A stretch of 64,000 nucleotides of DNA, from the NCBI RefSeq assembly GCF_009914755.1, contig NC_060926.1; one strand, written 5' to 3'. A program made the translations under genes and the position numbers. Below are positions 1 to 12,605 of the stretch, piece by piece; the first letter of the stretch is position 1; the number at the start of each line of letters is the position of its first letter. The notes under the pieces were generated by a model that saw only the letters and a list, made by a program, of their open reading frames with translations, was not told the origin of the DNA and searched no databases. Source of the DNA: the human T2T-CHM13v2.0 reference genome, Homo sapiens.

Positions 1-951
1 AAAAGCAAAAAGAGAAAAAGTGCAGTGAGCGGTACAGAAAGTATTTGTTTAGGGGCAAGACAAGTTCTGGCTCCACTATTAACTCTGCACGGGTTCCCAC
101 ACAACTTTTTAATTTATTTTTGTACTCAGTCTTCTTATGTGTTATAAAAGAAGAATAATAGCTTATTTAGCCATTTCATAACATTGGGCTAAGAGATCAA
201 TTAGTAATCAAAGAAGAGTACTTTGAAAGTACAAAGTATAATATAAATGTCAACATCATAATTATTTTGCTAATTAATGCATCTTGGAAATGTTTAAATT
301 TTCCAATTGTTTACTAGCACTAACAGCCATCATTTCTTTGCTGTCTGATTTTCCTGAATGGTCCTCAATATCTTGCATAAGGGCTCACAAAAACACAGAG
401 AAACACACACACTTGATTAACACCTTACGTCCTTGATTAACTAGTTAGTTTGCCTGGGCAATGAAATGCCAAGATATCTGATTAACCATTACTTCTGAAT
501 GTGTCTGTGAGGGACTTTCCAAAAGAAATTCACATTTGAGTTGGTGGGCTGAGTAAAGCACACTGACCTCCTCAATACGGGTAGACAACATTAAACCTGT
601 TGAAGATCTGGGTAGAATAAATTGCTGACAAAGTTTGAATTCTCTCTTTGCCTGTCTGAGTTGGACATAAGTCTTTTCCTGCCCTCGAAGTAGGACTTAT
701 ACCGTTGGCACTTCTAATTCTCAGGACTTCAGATTGAGAATAGAATTTACACCATGACTTTTCTGAATATCCAGCTTGCAGATGACACATCACAGGACTT
801 CTAATCCTCCATAATCATGCAAACTAATTCCTTATAATAAATCTCATCTTAGATATAAGATATATATATCTTATCTTACATCATCTTAGATATCTTATAT
901 GTCATCTTAGATATAAGATAAGATATCAGGTGTGTATAAACCACATACACC

Positions 952-3211
952 TGATATGGTTTGACTGTATCCCCACCCAAATCTCATCTTGAATTGTAGC
1001 TCCCATAATCCCCATGTGTCATGGGAGGGGCCCAGTGGGAGATAACTGAATAATGGGGGGTGGGTTTTTCCCAAGCTGCTCTTGTGATAGTGAATAAGTC
1101 TCTTGAGAACTGATGGTTTCATAAAAAAGCAGTTCTCCTGCACATGCTTTCTTGCCTGCTGCCATGTAAGACGTGCCTTTGCTCCTCTTTCACCTTCTGC
1201 CTTGATAATGAGGCCTTCCCCAGCCATGTGGAACTGTGAGTCCATTAAGCCTCTTTTTCTTTATAAATTACCCAGTCTCGGGTATGTCTTTATTAGCAGT
1301 ATGAGAACAGACTAACACAGTAAATTGGTACAGGTAGAGTGGATGCTGCTATATGGATACCTGAAATGTGTTAGCAACTTTGGAACTTGGTAACAGGTAG
1401 AGGATGGAAGAGTTTGGAGGGCTCAGAAGAAGAAAGGAAGATGTGAGAAAGTTTGGAGCTGCCTAAAGACCTGTTGAATGGTTTTGAACCAAAAAGTCTG
1501 GGCTGAGGTGGTCTCAGATGGAGATGAGGAACTTACTGGGAACTGGAGCAAAGGTAATTCTTGCTATGCTTTAGCAAAGAGACTGGAAATTTTGCTCCTG
1601 CCCTAGAGATCAGTGGAACTTTGAACTCTAGAGACATGATTTAGGGTATCTGATGGAAGAAATTCCTAAGCAGCAAAGCATTCAAGAAGAGAGTTGGGTG
1701 CTCTTAAAAGCATTCAGTTTTATTCGTTCACAAAGATACAGTTTGGAATTGGAACTTATGTTTAAAAGGAATGCAGAGCATAAAAGCTCAGAAAATTTGA
1801 AGCCTGGTGATGTGATAGAAAAGAAAAAGCCATTTTCTGAGGAGAAGTTCAAGCCAGCTGCAGAGAATTATGCAACTAATGAGGAGCCAAATGTTAATTG
1901 CCAAGACAATAGGGAAAACGTCTCCAGGGCATGTCAGAGGTCTTCGCAGTAGCCCCTCCCATAAGAAGCCAGGAGGAATAGGAGGGAAAAATGTCATGGG
2001 CTGGGCCCAGGGCCTTATTGCTTTGTGCAGTCTCAGTACTTGGTGCCCTGCATCACAGCTGTGGCTAAAAGGGGCCAACATACAGCTCAGGCCATTGCTT
2101 CAGAGAGCACAAGCCTCAAACCTTTGTGGCTTACATGTGATATTGTGCCTGTGGGTGCACAGAAGTCAAGAATTGAGGTTTGGGAACCTCTGTCTTGATT
2201 TCAGAAGATATATGGAAATGCCTGGATGTCCTGGCAGAGGTGTGCTCATAGAGAGCTTCTGCTAGGGCATTGCGGAAGGGAAATGTCCCCACTGGGCCAC
2301 TGCCTAGTGCAGTTATGAAAAGAGGGCCACCATCCTCCAGATCCCAGAATGGTAGATTCACTGACAGCTTGCACTGTGCACCTGAAAAAACTTCAGACAG
2401 TCAAAGGCAGCCTGTGAAAGCAGCCAGGAAAGGGGCTTTACCCTGCAAAGTCACAGGGGTGGAGCTGCCCAAGACCATGGGAACCTACCTCTTGCATCAG
2501 TGTGACCTGGATGCAAAACATGGAGTCAAAGGAGATAATTTGGGAGCTTTAATATTTGACTGCCCCACTGGATTTGGACTTGCATAAGGCCTGTAGCCCT
2601 TTTGTTTTGGCCAATTAACATTGGCAAGATAACATTGCTCATGTTTATGTACTCAATGCCTGTATCCCATTGTATCTAGGAAGTAATGAACTTGCTTTTG
2701 ATTTTACAGGCTTATGGAGAGAAGGGACTTGCCTTTTCTCAGATGAAACTTTGGACTATGGGCCTTTGAGTTAATGTCAAAGTAAGACTTTGGGGGACTG
2801 TTGGGAAGGCATGATTCGTCTGGAAATGTAAAGATATGAGGTGGAATGATACGGTTTTGCTCTGCCCCCCACCCAAATCTCATCTTGAATTGTAGCCTCC
2901 ATAATCCCTATGTGTTGGAGGAGGGACCCGGTCAGACATAACTGAGTCATGGGGACAGGTTTTTCCCATGCTGCTCTTGTGATATTGAATAAGTCTCACA
3001 AGAACTGACAGTGTTATAAAAGAGGAGTTCCCCTGCTCACTCTTTTGCCTGCCACCTTGCAAAACATGCCTTTTCTCCTCCTTCACCTTCTGCCATGATT
3101 GTGAGGCCTCCCCAGCCATGTGGAACTGTGAGTCCATTAAACCTCTTTTTCTTTATAAATTACTCAGCCTTGGGTTTGTCTTTATTGGCAGCATTAGAAC
3201 AGACTAATACA
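952..3211 (+). mobile_element. Full-length THE1B-like MaLR provirus: 5' LTR 952-1319, internal 1320-2846, 3' LTR 2847-3211
   Basis: Both LTRs run TGATA..gg...gactaa(c/t)aCA; THE1-int starts gtaaattggta; 5-bp TSD ACACC at 947-951 and 3212-3216. Confidence 0.93.
1653..2587 (+). pseudogene. Disrupted MaLR internal ORF remnants
   Basis: ORF pieces (MEEIPKQQSIQEESWVLLKAFSF...) lie wholly within THE1-int and are broken by stops and frameshifts. Confidence 0.6.
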
Positions 3212-3350
3212 ACACCTTAATGGTTCTGTTTTTCTGGAGATCCATGACTAATCCAGCCTATATCTGCAACACTTCTTTGAGGGAAGCGTTGAGCTCCAGA
3301 AGCCTCTTTGCCAGTATATGTAGGGAGCTAGAAGTAATTATGAGTATGTA

Positions 3351-3516
3351 GGCCTGGCTTGGTGGCTCATGCCTGTAATCCCAGTTACTGGGGAGGTTGA
3401 GGCAGGAGAATTGCTTGAACCCGGGAAGTAGAGGTTGTGGTGAGCCAATATCACACCATTGCACTCCAGCCTCGGCAACAAGAGCAAAACTTCATCTAAA
3501 AAAGAAAAAAAAAAAA
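3351..3516 (+). mobile_element. Alu monomer (left-arm head joined to right arm; AluSp/Sq-type 3' end)
   Basis: ggcctggcttggtggctcatgcctgtaatcccag runs directly into right-arm ...aggcaggagaattgcttgaacc...aacaagagcaaaac + poly(A). Confidence 0.85.
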
Positions 3517-3639
3517 GAGTGTGTGTCCCCTACAGCATATTTTAGCCAATGACTGCCTGATGAACAGTATGAAAGAAACCCTAGAAACCATAAGCTATGT
3601 TTGGTAGCATGTGACATAGCTAACTTGTGGGAAGAGGTT

Positions 3640-4014
3640 TGTCTTAGGCCATTCAGGGTGCCATAACAAAATATCACATATAAGATGGTTTATAAAAGAA
3701 ACATTTATTTCTCACAGTTCTAGAGCCTGGGGAGTCCAACAGAAAAGCAACAATAAATTTGATGTTTGGTGAGTACCCATGTCCTGGTTAATAGGCCACT
3801 GTTTTCTTCCTGTGTCTTCACATGGTGAAAGGGAAGATGGAGCTCTCTGAGATCTATTTCATAAGGGAACTAATCCCATTCATGAGGCCCCCATCACAGG
3901 TGATTTATAACCTAAACACCTCCCAAAGGCCCCATCTCCTAACATAATCAATTCAGGGGTTAGGATTTCAACATATACATTTGGCGGGAGGACACAAACA
4001 TTCAGTCTGTAACA
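3640..4014 (-). mobile_element. MLT1A/MLT1A0 MaLR solo LTR
   Basis: tgtcttaggccattcagggtgccataacaaaata...acatttatttctcacagttctagag...gacacaaacattcagtctgtaaca. Confidence 0.8.
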
Positions 4015-4920
4015 TGGCTGAAGCTACTCCTGCAGCATGTCAACTGACCTACACCCTGGTGTAACCTCTTTCTATTCCCTGTCCTACTTTTTCTCTCCTT
4101 TAAGAGTTTCTCCTGCGCAAACTTCCTCAATGAATCACTTGCGCAAGGATCCTCTTCTGAGAGTCCACTTCTGGATGTTAGACATAAGATAACATTGCTC
4201 AATCTTTCTCTTTTGGCCCTCAAGTATTCCATGTGGGGAATTTTCTAACTGTCTCTATGATCTAGGGTGCCCTGTGTGCTAGAGGCACTAGTGTCATCTG
4301 TGGAACTTTCAATGGTCAGGACATATAAGAGAATATTTCAATAACTTTGAAACTGGTGAGGCCTCGGAGTTTTCTTTCAGCAGAAAATACTATTATTAAA
4401 GAGCAACACATGCTTAATATTTCAGTTTCCGCATGTGAAATTAACCTTGTTTCAAGAATGCTTTTTTTTTATTTTAAATAATTTGAAAAATGCTATAAAA
4501 CAAAGAAATAGCTATGAGTCTAGGTACCCGGATACAATTTATTAAAATGTAAATAAGAGCTTATATTTATATTAATATCCTCTTCTCAATTATGAGACTG
4601 GATTTCCAAATGATTTTTGATACCTTCTTCCATGGCTCTCTAAATATCATAGAACCATAGATGATAAATCAGGATACAAAATTCCTCTTTTTGGGACTCT
4701 CCGTAAATGATTGGTAAATTGGGGGCATCTTCTTTAGTCTTACTGCTTCCTCTCAACCCCTTCTGAAACCCACTACTTTCTGGAAGCACCGTGCAAGAGC
4801 ATGTGAGGATGCTATGCTAGAGATATTCACTCCAGGAACAATCCAGGTTATAGGCAATTCTAAGCATATATTCCTATGAACATTTCCTTGACTCTTATTC
4901 AATTACACAGAGTCACTCAT

Positions 4921-5315
4921 TTTTTTTTAAACAACATTTCATTTAGGTTCAGGAGTATATGTGTAGGTTTGTTACATAGGCAAACTGCTTGTCTTGGGGG
5001 TTTGGTATGCAGATAATTTTACTACCCAGGTAATAATCATAGTACCTGGTAGGTAGGTTTTTTATTCGCTCCCTTCTACCACCCTACACCCTCAAGTAAT
5101 CCTTTGTCCATTGTTCCCCTTTTTATATCTATGTATTCTCACTGTTTAGCTCTCACTTATAAGTGAGAGTGTGTGGTATTTGTTCTTCTGTTCCTGTGTT
5201 AGTTTGCTTACGACAATGCCCTCCAGCTCCATTCATGTTGTGTCTGCATAGTATTCCATAGCGCATATGTGCCACATTTTCTTTATCCAGCCTACCATTG
5301 ATGGGTATTTAGGTT
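4921..5315 (-). mobile_element. 5'-truncated older L1PA 3' end
   Basis: Poly(T) followed by L1PA 3'UTR (atgtgtaggtttgttacatagg...ctcacttataagtgagag); degenerate TSD aga(g/a)tca(c/t)tcatttt at ~4910 and ~5316. Confidence 0.8.
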
Positions 5316-7537
5316 AAGAATCATTCATTTTCTTTTTTTTATCATAAAATTTATATATTAAAGTAATTGCAACTAACCTACTAGTATGTATTAAAGGTCT
5401 AATGTGGGTATCACATCTTCCCAAACCAATCTCCTCACACACAAACGCTCTCACTCACAATTTTCTTGAATAGGATTTATAGATCCTAAAATTGCAGTAT
5501 TTCAAAGGACACTAAATATCATTACATGTAACTACTTCATTGAAAAATGAGGCCATTATAACAAAGATGTTTTAAAATAAAATCAGCTGATTAGCATGAG
5601 AAACAAAAAAAGAATTGCACTAAAACCGTTGTCGTTTCCAAAATATTAACCTATTTATTATTTTCTTTTATAAAGAAAATCCCACTACCATAATCTATCA
5701 GAAAAACAACTGGCCATTTCACATTTTCTTCCAAATATATTTCATTTCTGCATTATATGATAAGCTCCTTAAACCAAATAATGACAGCATTTTATCTCCT
5801 AATCACACCTGCACCATCCGCAAAATTACAGCCATCATGAACCTTCATGCCTCTGCTTGATGTTTCACCACAAGGAATAGAAATGAAGTATCACTGATAA
5901 ACTAACTCTAGCAACTAGTCTTATTTTTTTCTCATTAAAAAGTTTAATTCAGGTAATGTCTCTGGCAATAGAAGGCCTTTAGAGTGAAAATAAAGCATAG
6001 CAAATTAGCTGCACATAGATATTTAGACATCTGTTTTCTTTAATCTCTAGCACATATTCACCCACCCCATGCGTACACGGAAACAGTCTTTAATATGGTC
6101 TATTTTAATATTTAGGAAAGTCTTCCTCTTTAAAAATTGCTAGATCTTCAAGGAGAAGTGATGAGTTTATTTCACTGTTTTGTTTTCCTTCGGTCTGATT
6201 TCTTAGGTGTTTAGATGACAGCCACCCAAGAAATACACAGATAGACGAGTGATTGATTAACTATAGAAAATGCTCCCCAGAGTGAATTAGGCAGCTAAAG
6301 AAACCAGACTCGACAGGAACTATGATGAATGCCAGACATTAAAAATATCCATATCTTTTTCCTAACTGATAAATCAAGAAATTGTCTACACAAAAAGTGC
6401 AAAGTTAAAGAATAAAATAAAAAGCCTTAAGAATGGAAATTTATAAGAAGACAAATGTTATAAGTAAAATTATACTTACTAGCTTCATATTATTTCCTCA
6501 TATACCCTTTTTTTGGGTGGGGATGTATTTGACAAGAGCCTACAGAGCCCCTAGGTATTACAAATGATAACAAGCAGGGGTCTTGTTATGTGCTGCTCAC
6601 ATGGAAGGCTTGTATTTGGTGAATGTCAATTTTCCTTCACATGATAGAAGTAAAGATTTAGGATGTTTTATATTTATTACCAACAACTCCATAGCACATT
6701 CTGTCTACAGTGGCTATAATGAGATACAGCCAACCTACTTGAAACTGTGCTAGACCTGAAAAGTAGATTGTTAGTACTTTGGAAATTGTAATCTGGAGGG
6801 ATTTTTAAATTACTATTCAGTACATTTCAAAGTTGCATCCACACAGATTTGTAGCAATAAATGGCCCTACCATGATCCATTCCTAGCTAAAATTTAATCT
6901 GATTTTATCATCTAATGTCTATTTGGAATAAAATTTCTGCTGAAGTGAATCAGTCAATTTACTGTGATTACAAAATTTCATTGTTTACTCTAACAGTATG
7001 CATTCCAGTTATTAGTGGGAAGAAAATGAGCATGAAGCACATCTAAATAAATTTTCAATTTTTTACATGTATTTATTTATTTATTCAAAATGAGGCCTCT
7101 TTAATTGATTATGTTAATAACATCTTTAAGGTTAAGTAGAATAGATCTAACAACAGAAAACTATGGTTTTTTTTTCTATGAATCCATCATTATTAAACCC
7201 ATATTTTTACTGAAGAAAAATTAATTAAAATAAATAGGCCCCGGATTATCTTAATACTTTTATTTGAGAATAATAAAACATTGTAATTAATAAATATATG
7301 GTTTAAAAAGCAGACTTTGATGTGGTCAGGTAGAGGATCAGTGCGTATTTTAAATAATATATATATGATAATCTATACTGTCCAGACTTCTGGTATGTGA
7401 TCAGGAGACAAGTTTCACATGCTAAAATATTGGCAAATGGAAAAGAAAGAAAATAATTGTCCCAGAAGAGCAAAAACTGGATGTGTATTCCTGGCCAGAG
7501 GATATAATATTGGTCCGATGGAGTAGATATAATTTCA

Positions 7538-7897
<360 letters not shown>

Positions 7898-9266
7898 ATA
7901 ATTTCAGTTGGGCTAGAATAGAATTCTCAGGTTAAAAACAGCTATTAAAAAATGAAGGGAAATCAGAAGATAGTCCATAAATTAAGAAACAAAAATATAT
8001 TTTACATGTATTCATTTATAAACACAAATGCTTAGAAACAAAGATGTAATTAAAAATGCTTCCTAGAAACTCACATATTTCCATGTATCTACAAACACAT
8101 TAAACTACAACTGCAAAATGGAAGAGTAATCTTCTTCCATAACTTTCCTGTGAATATACACTCATATTTCTACAAATAATACTTTGAATAAATGTAAATA
8201 AATGACACCTTCCTCGATCTGCTAATTTTTGCATTCATGAAATAACAGAAAATTAAATTTCATAGAACTAGCACTGCTTTTTCTGAGACAGTTTTTATTT
8301 CTATAGATGACTAACGGTCTTCTCAGCCAACCTCTCTATGAGCCACAGTAGTAATCCTCTAAAAACACCTGCATTTTTCACTCTTCTGTTAACTGACAGG
8401 TCTAATTTTTAAAATTATCATTACTGAATAGAGAAGAAAATTGTTTCTCTATTTCAAAGCTAATAATTCCAAAATAAAGGCAAGGCATATAGATACTTTC
8501 TTTTCAACTGCTCTTAAATTTGATGCTTATTTTATATTATTGCCTGGTAAATAAAGTGATATTTATTTAGTAGATAAATTGCTAGCCCCTGGATCACAGA
8601 TAAAGTGGATAACAGTACGTACAGACATCATCATAGATAATGGCCTTGGTTATGGCACCAGCTGTGTTTGAATCATAAATAAAGAATTCTGAATTTAGAA
8701 GGTCCTAACTGCTCCTAATAAAAGACATGAACACATTCAACTCAATGCATTGTCTTAATACCTCCTATACACCTGGGCCCTGAAGTTCTGGGAACAAAGG
8801 GAGGTTATACCACAGGCTCTATCTTCTATTGCTCTGTCCTTCACCCCACTCATAACATCTATAATTATTAAGTATATAAAAGGTACTTTCCATGATCATA
8901 CAGAATAATATACATATGTATAACATATATAATATGACTATATAAATATTTGTGTATATGGATACGTGTATGTATGTATCTGCCATTGTGAAATTCTGAT
9001 TCTTCACCACTTATCATTCCTCTGGCCCCTGTTGCCATTGAAAATTCGGCTTCAGATGAGCTAAATCACATGTCATTTTCTAAAGTTCAACACTTTCTGT
9101 ATATTCTGGCTTTGGGATGCGCCGGCTTTGGCGTGCGTTGGCTTTTAGTAGGAGCAGCAGCAACAACGGTGTTTACTGATGTACCTTCCCACATTCTCCC
9201 TGCTTCTCTCGGAACACTGATGCTTAAATCTTTGAATTCAACTAAGGTATAGGTTTTATGTTTGCC

Positions 9267-9480
9267 AAATGTGATTCTCAACCAGAAGCAAATCAGCCTC
9301 ACTAAGAGGGCATATCAAAATTCAATATGCGTTTTTAGTTAGCCCAATGAGTGGGAAATGCTATTGCCATTTGTTAAGTATGAGGCAGTTGCTAATTGCA
9401 TTGTACTGCTCTGAACAACAACAACAACAACAAAAACTTTCCCATCTAGAGTGCTAACCTGGTGCCTTTGAAAAGCCCTG
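9267..9480 (+). mobile_element. MER20-like hAT DNA transposon with (AAC)n expansion
   Basis: Termini gtgattctcaacc ... ttgaaaagccctg and internal atgctattgccatttg match MER20. Confidence 0.55.
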
Positions 9481-9869
9481 AAGACTAGGAAAGGCCATTC
9501 ACACTGAAGGACTGGCATCTGTCAGACCTATCTGGCGTTAAGACACCATAACATATTTATCCTGATGTGCTCTAATACCTAGCATGCAGTAGACTTTCAC
9601 TGAATGCTTGCAGAACAAATAAGTGAACAAAGGAACTTCCTGGCTACCTTCCCTGGCCCCTTCAAAGTATGCTTGGTGTCCCTACACTGTACTCTGAAAG
9701 CTCCAGGCAGTTGCCCCTCAATTTATTATTATTTTTTTGAGTGCACTCAGATACTTATAGCATTTCTTTTATAGGTGGTATAAGGGTGCATGACAGAAGT
9801 ATAGGTATGCATAGTGCTCCCGGGTCAAATAAATATCTATTTAGAGATACATGTACTTTGTATCTTACA

Positions 9870-9952
9870 TTCTGAAAATGTTTATTGAGCACTAATTTTG
9901 AGATAGGCACTTCTACTAAGTACTGAGAGAATCAATGGTAAATAAAACACAT
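9870..9952 (-). mobile_element. L2 3' end fragment
   Basis: aaatgtttattgagcactaatttt..aggcacttctactaagtactgag. Confidence 0.55.
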
Positions 9953-10497
9953 TGTGACATTAGTTTTCCTGCATATTGTGTGATTCCTGGGCAACTTGAA
10001 TACTCGAATATTACTTCACCATACTACAAAGTCTCTAATTTTCTGGGATTTATTTGGATGCCTCAACTTAGTGTTCCAATAGCACCTTGTGCATCTTTCT
10101 GTCATAGAGTTTTATGTTGCTTTTAGCAGATTTTCTTCATTGGGTTTCTTCATCAAGTGAAATCTATTTGTACATCTTGCTGTGCGAAACCAAACTTCAT
10201 ACACTTGAAACAGTAGAAGAATCATGACAGGCTTTTTGTTTGTTGGTTGGTTGGTTTGTTTTTCACCGTATGCCAGGGACAAGGGGAGAGATGTTTGGAC
10301 CCATCTTGAATAATTGCTACTGTACTGAAGATAATTTTACACTTATAAAGTCAATAAATATTTAGTGTCCAGCTAATAATATAAACTGAACTGGATTTTC
10401 CTGATAGACTTTCCAAAACCTTCCATAGTTATAAAAGAAATAATTGGATATCATTGTAATTTCAAGGACATTTCTGGATTAGTTGCTTTCAACTTTC

Positions 10498-11466
10498 TTT
10501 TTTTATTTTTCAACATTATTTTCATTTTACTTTTTTTTATTATTATACTCTAAGTTCTAGGGTACATGTGCACAACGTGCAGGTTTGTTACATATATATA
10601 CATGTGCCATGTTGGTGTGCTGCACCCAGTAACTCATCATTTTGCATTAGGTTTATCTCCTAATGATATCCCTCCCCCTTCTCCCCACCACACAACAGGC
10701 CCCAGTGTGTGATGTTCCCCTTCCTGTGTCCATGTGTTCTCATTGTTCAATTCCCACCTATGAGTGAGAACATGAGGTGTTTAGTTTTTTGTCCTTGTGA
10801 TAGTTTGCTGAGAATGATGGTTTCCAGCTTCATTGATGTCCCTACAAAGGACATGAACTCATCATTTTTTATGGCTGCATAGTATTCCATGGTGTATATG
10901 TGCCACATTTTCTTAATTCAGTCTATCATTGTTGGACATTTGGGTTGGTTCCAAGTCTTTGCTATTGTGAATAGTGCCGCAATAAACATATGTGTGCATG
11001 TGTCTTTATAGCAGCATGATTTATAATCCTTTGAGTATATACCTAGGAATGGGATGGCTGGGTCAAATGGTATTTCTAGTTCTAGATCCCTGAGGAATCG
11101 CCACACTGACTTCCAAAATTGTTGAACTAGTTTATAATCCCACCAACAGTGTAAAAGTGTTCCTATTTCTCCACATCCTCTCCAGCACCTGTTGTTTCCT
11201 GACTTTTTAATGATCGCCATTCTAACTGGTGTGAGATGGTATCTCATTGCGGTTTTGATTTGCAATTCTCTGATGGCCAGTGATGATGAGCATTTTTTCA
11301 TGTGTTTTTTGGCTGCATAAATGTCTTCTTTTGAGAAGTGTCTGTTTATATCCTTCACCCACTTTTTGATGGGGTTGTTTGTTTTTTTCTTGTAAATTTG
11401 TTTAAGTTCCTTGTAGATTCTGGATATTAGCCCTTTGTCAGATGAGTAGGTTGCAAAAATTTTCTC
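10498..11466 (-). mobile_element. 5'-truncated L1PA (about L1PA3-5)
   Basis: Near-consensus L1PA 3'UTR and ORF2 end; TSD tcaactttc at 10489-10497 and 11465-11473; TTTC/AA endonuclease-type site. Confidence 0.93.
10918..11466 (-). pseudogene. L1 ORF2p C-terminal (cysteine-rich) fragment with nonsense mutation
   Basis: [23 protein letters not shown]...[18 protein letters not shown]...KCPTMID*; consensus Trp codon changed to TGA. Confidence 0.9.
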
Positions 11467-11474
11467 AACTTTCA

Positions 11475-11585
11475 AGTTAGAGTCAGACATACTTGGGTTG
11501 AATTATGATTCTGACATTGGCTTTGTGATCTTGAATATGTAATTCAATCAATTAATCTCTGTTCATTTATATATAAAAATGAAAG
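11475..11585 (+). mobile_element. MIR fragment
   Basis: gagtcagacatacttgggttgaat...tgtgatcttg...aatctctgttcattt. Confidence 0.5.
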
Positions 11586-11596
11586 TCATGACTCAT

Positions 11597-11951
11597 TGAT
11601 ATGGTTTGGTTGTATCCCCACCCAAATCTCATTTTGAGTTTGCACCTGTTGTGGGAGAGCCCCAGTAGGAGGTAATTGAATCATGGCGGCAAGTCTTTCC
11701 CATGCTGTTCTCATGATAGTGAATAAGTCTCATGAGATCTGATGGTTTTAAAAAGAGGAGTTCCCCTGCAGAAGTTCTCTTTCTACCTGCCGCCATCCAT
11801 GTAAGATGTGACTTGCTCCTCCTTGCCTTCTGCCATTATTGTAAGGCTTACCTAGCCACATGGAACTGTAAGTCCAATTAAACCTCTTTCTGTTGTAAAT
11901 TGCTCAGTCCTGGGTATGTCTTTATGAGCAGCATGAAAATGGACTAATACA
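11597..11951 (+). mobile_element. THE1B-like solo LTR
   Basis: tgatatggtttgg...ggactaataca; 5-bp TSD CTCAT (11592-11596, 11952-11956). Confidence 0.92.
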
Positions 11952-12403
11952 CTCATCAACTACACTAGGTTGGAGGGAGGTCTCAGCTTTAGGTTGCAAT
12001 AAAGCTGAGATTTCACAGAAAATACAAGCTTGTGTATTGATCTCTGACACATCACTCCCCTCTTAAGACTGTGATTTCTACATAGAAATAGCTGTGAGAT
12101 CCCTTCAAACTTTAGAATGCATGTAATTCAATAACTTTATTCATGTTATATTTAAGCCATGCTGTGGATTAAGCACTGGAATAACCGGAATTTAAATATT
12201 TCCATATTTTTTTCTATGAAATATCACAACATCAGTTTCTTATATGCCTTTAAAATACACAATGGTCATAATTTGTAACTTTTCTGAACATTAGAGAGCA
12301 TGTTTAATAGTAGATGACTATTAAAATATCATAGTACTTTAGCTAGCTTATTCCTTATGGGAAATGGCAATGCCTATCATTTCTAAAGAGTATTTGTATT
12401 TAT

Positions 12404-12592
12404 CTGGACTCAGTCTGCACAAGATTGAACCAAGGCTCTATTTTATACTATCTTGAGAAAGTCATTTAATCTCTCTGTGCATCAGTTTCCCTCTATGCTG
12501 AATATACTAATAATAGTGGCTAAATCATAGTAGTGTTGCAAAAATTAAATGTAGAGTTCTTACAATAGCACTCGACACATAGTGGACGCTCA
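12404..12592 (+). mobile_element. MIR
   Basis: aagtcatttaatctctctgtgcatcagtttccc core; 3' acacatagtggacgctca. Confidence 0.7.
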
Positions 12593-12605
12593 TCACTTTC
12601 TAATG

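Larger units (their letters stand above)
430..3255 (+). mobile_element. MLT2-type (ERVL) LTR, split by the THE1B insertion (pieces ~430-946 and 3217-3255)
   Basis: MLT2-like ...gatatctgattaaccattacttctgaatgtgtctgtgaggg...; the 3' end ggttctgtttttctggagatccatgactaatcca resumes right after the THE1B TSD. Confidence 0.75.
3270..4190 (+). mobile_element. Old LTR16-family (ERVL) LTR interrupted by an Alu monomer and MLT1A
   Basis: ...cccctacagcatattttagccaatgactg... and 3' end ttcctcaatgaatcacttgcgcaaggatcctcttctgagagtccacttctgg...taagata resemble LTR16. Confidence 0.55.

Noticed and set aside
907-3137. Several 70-130 aa ORFs (MDSQFHMAGE..., MEEIPKQ...)
   Set aside because: All lie within THE1B LTR or internal sequence.
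10918-11490. Longest ORF (190 aa) as a host gene
   Set aside because: It is the C-terminus of L1 ORF2p in a truncated L1PA with a premature stop; its ATG comes from flanking DNA.
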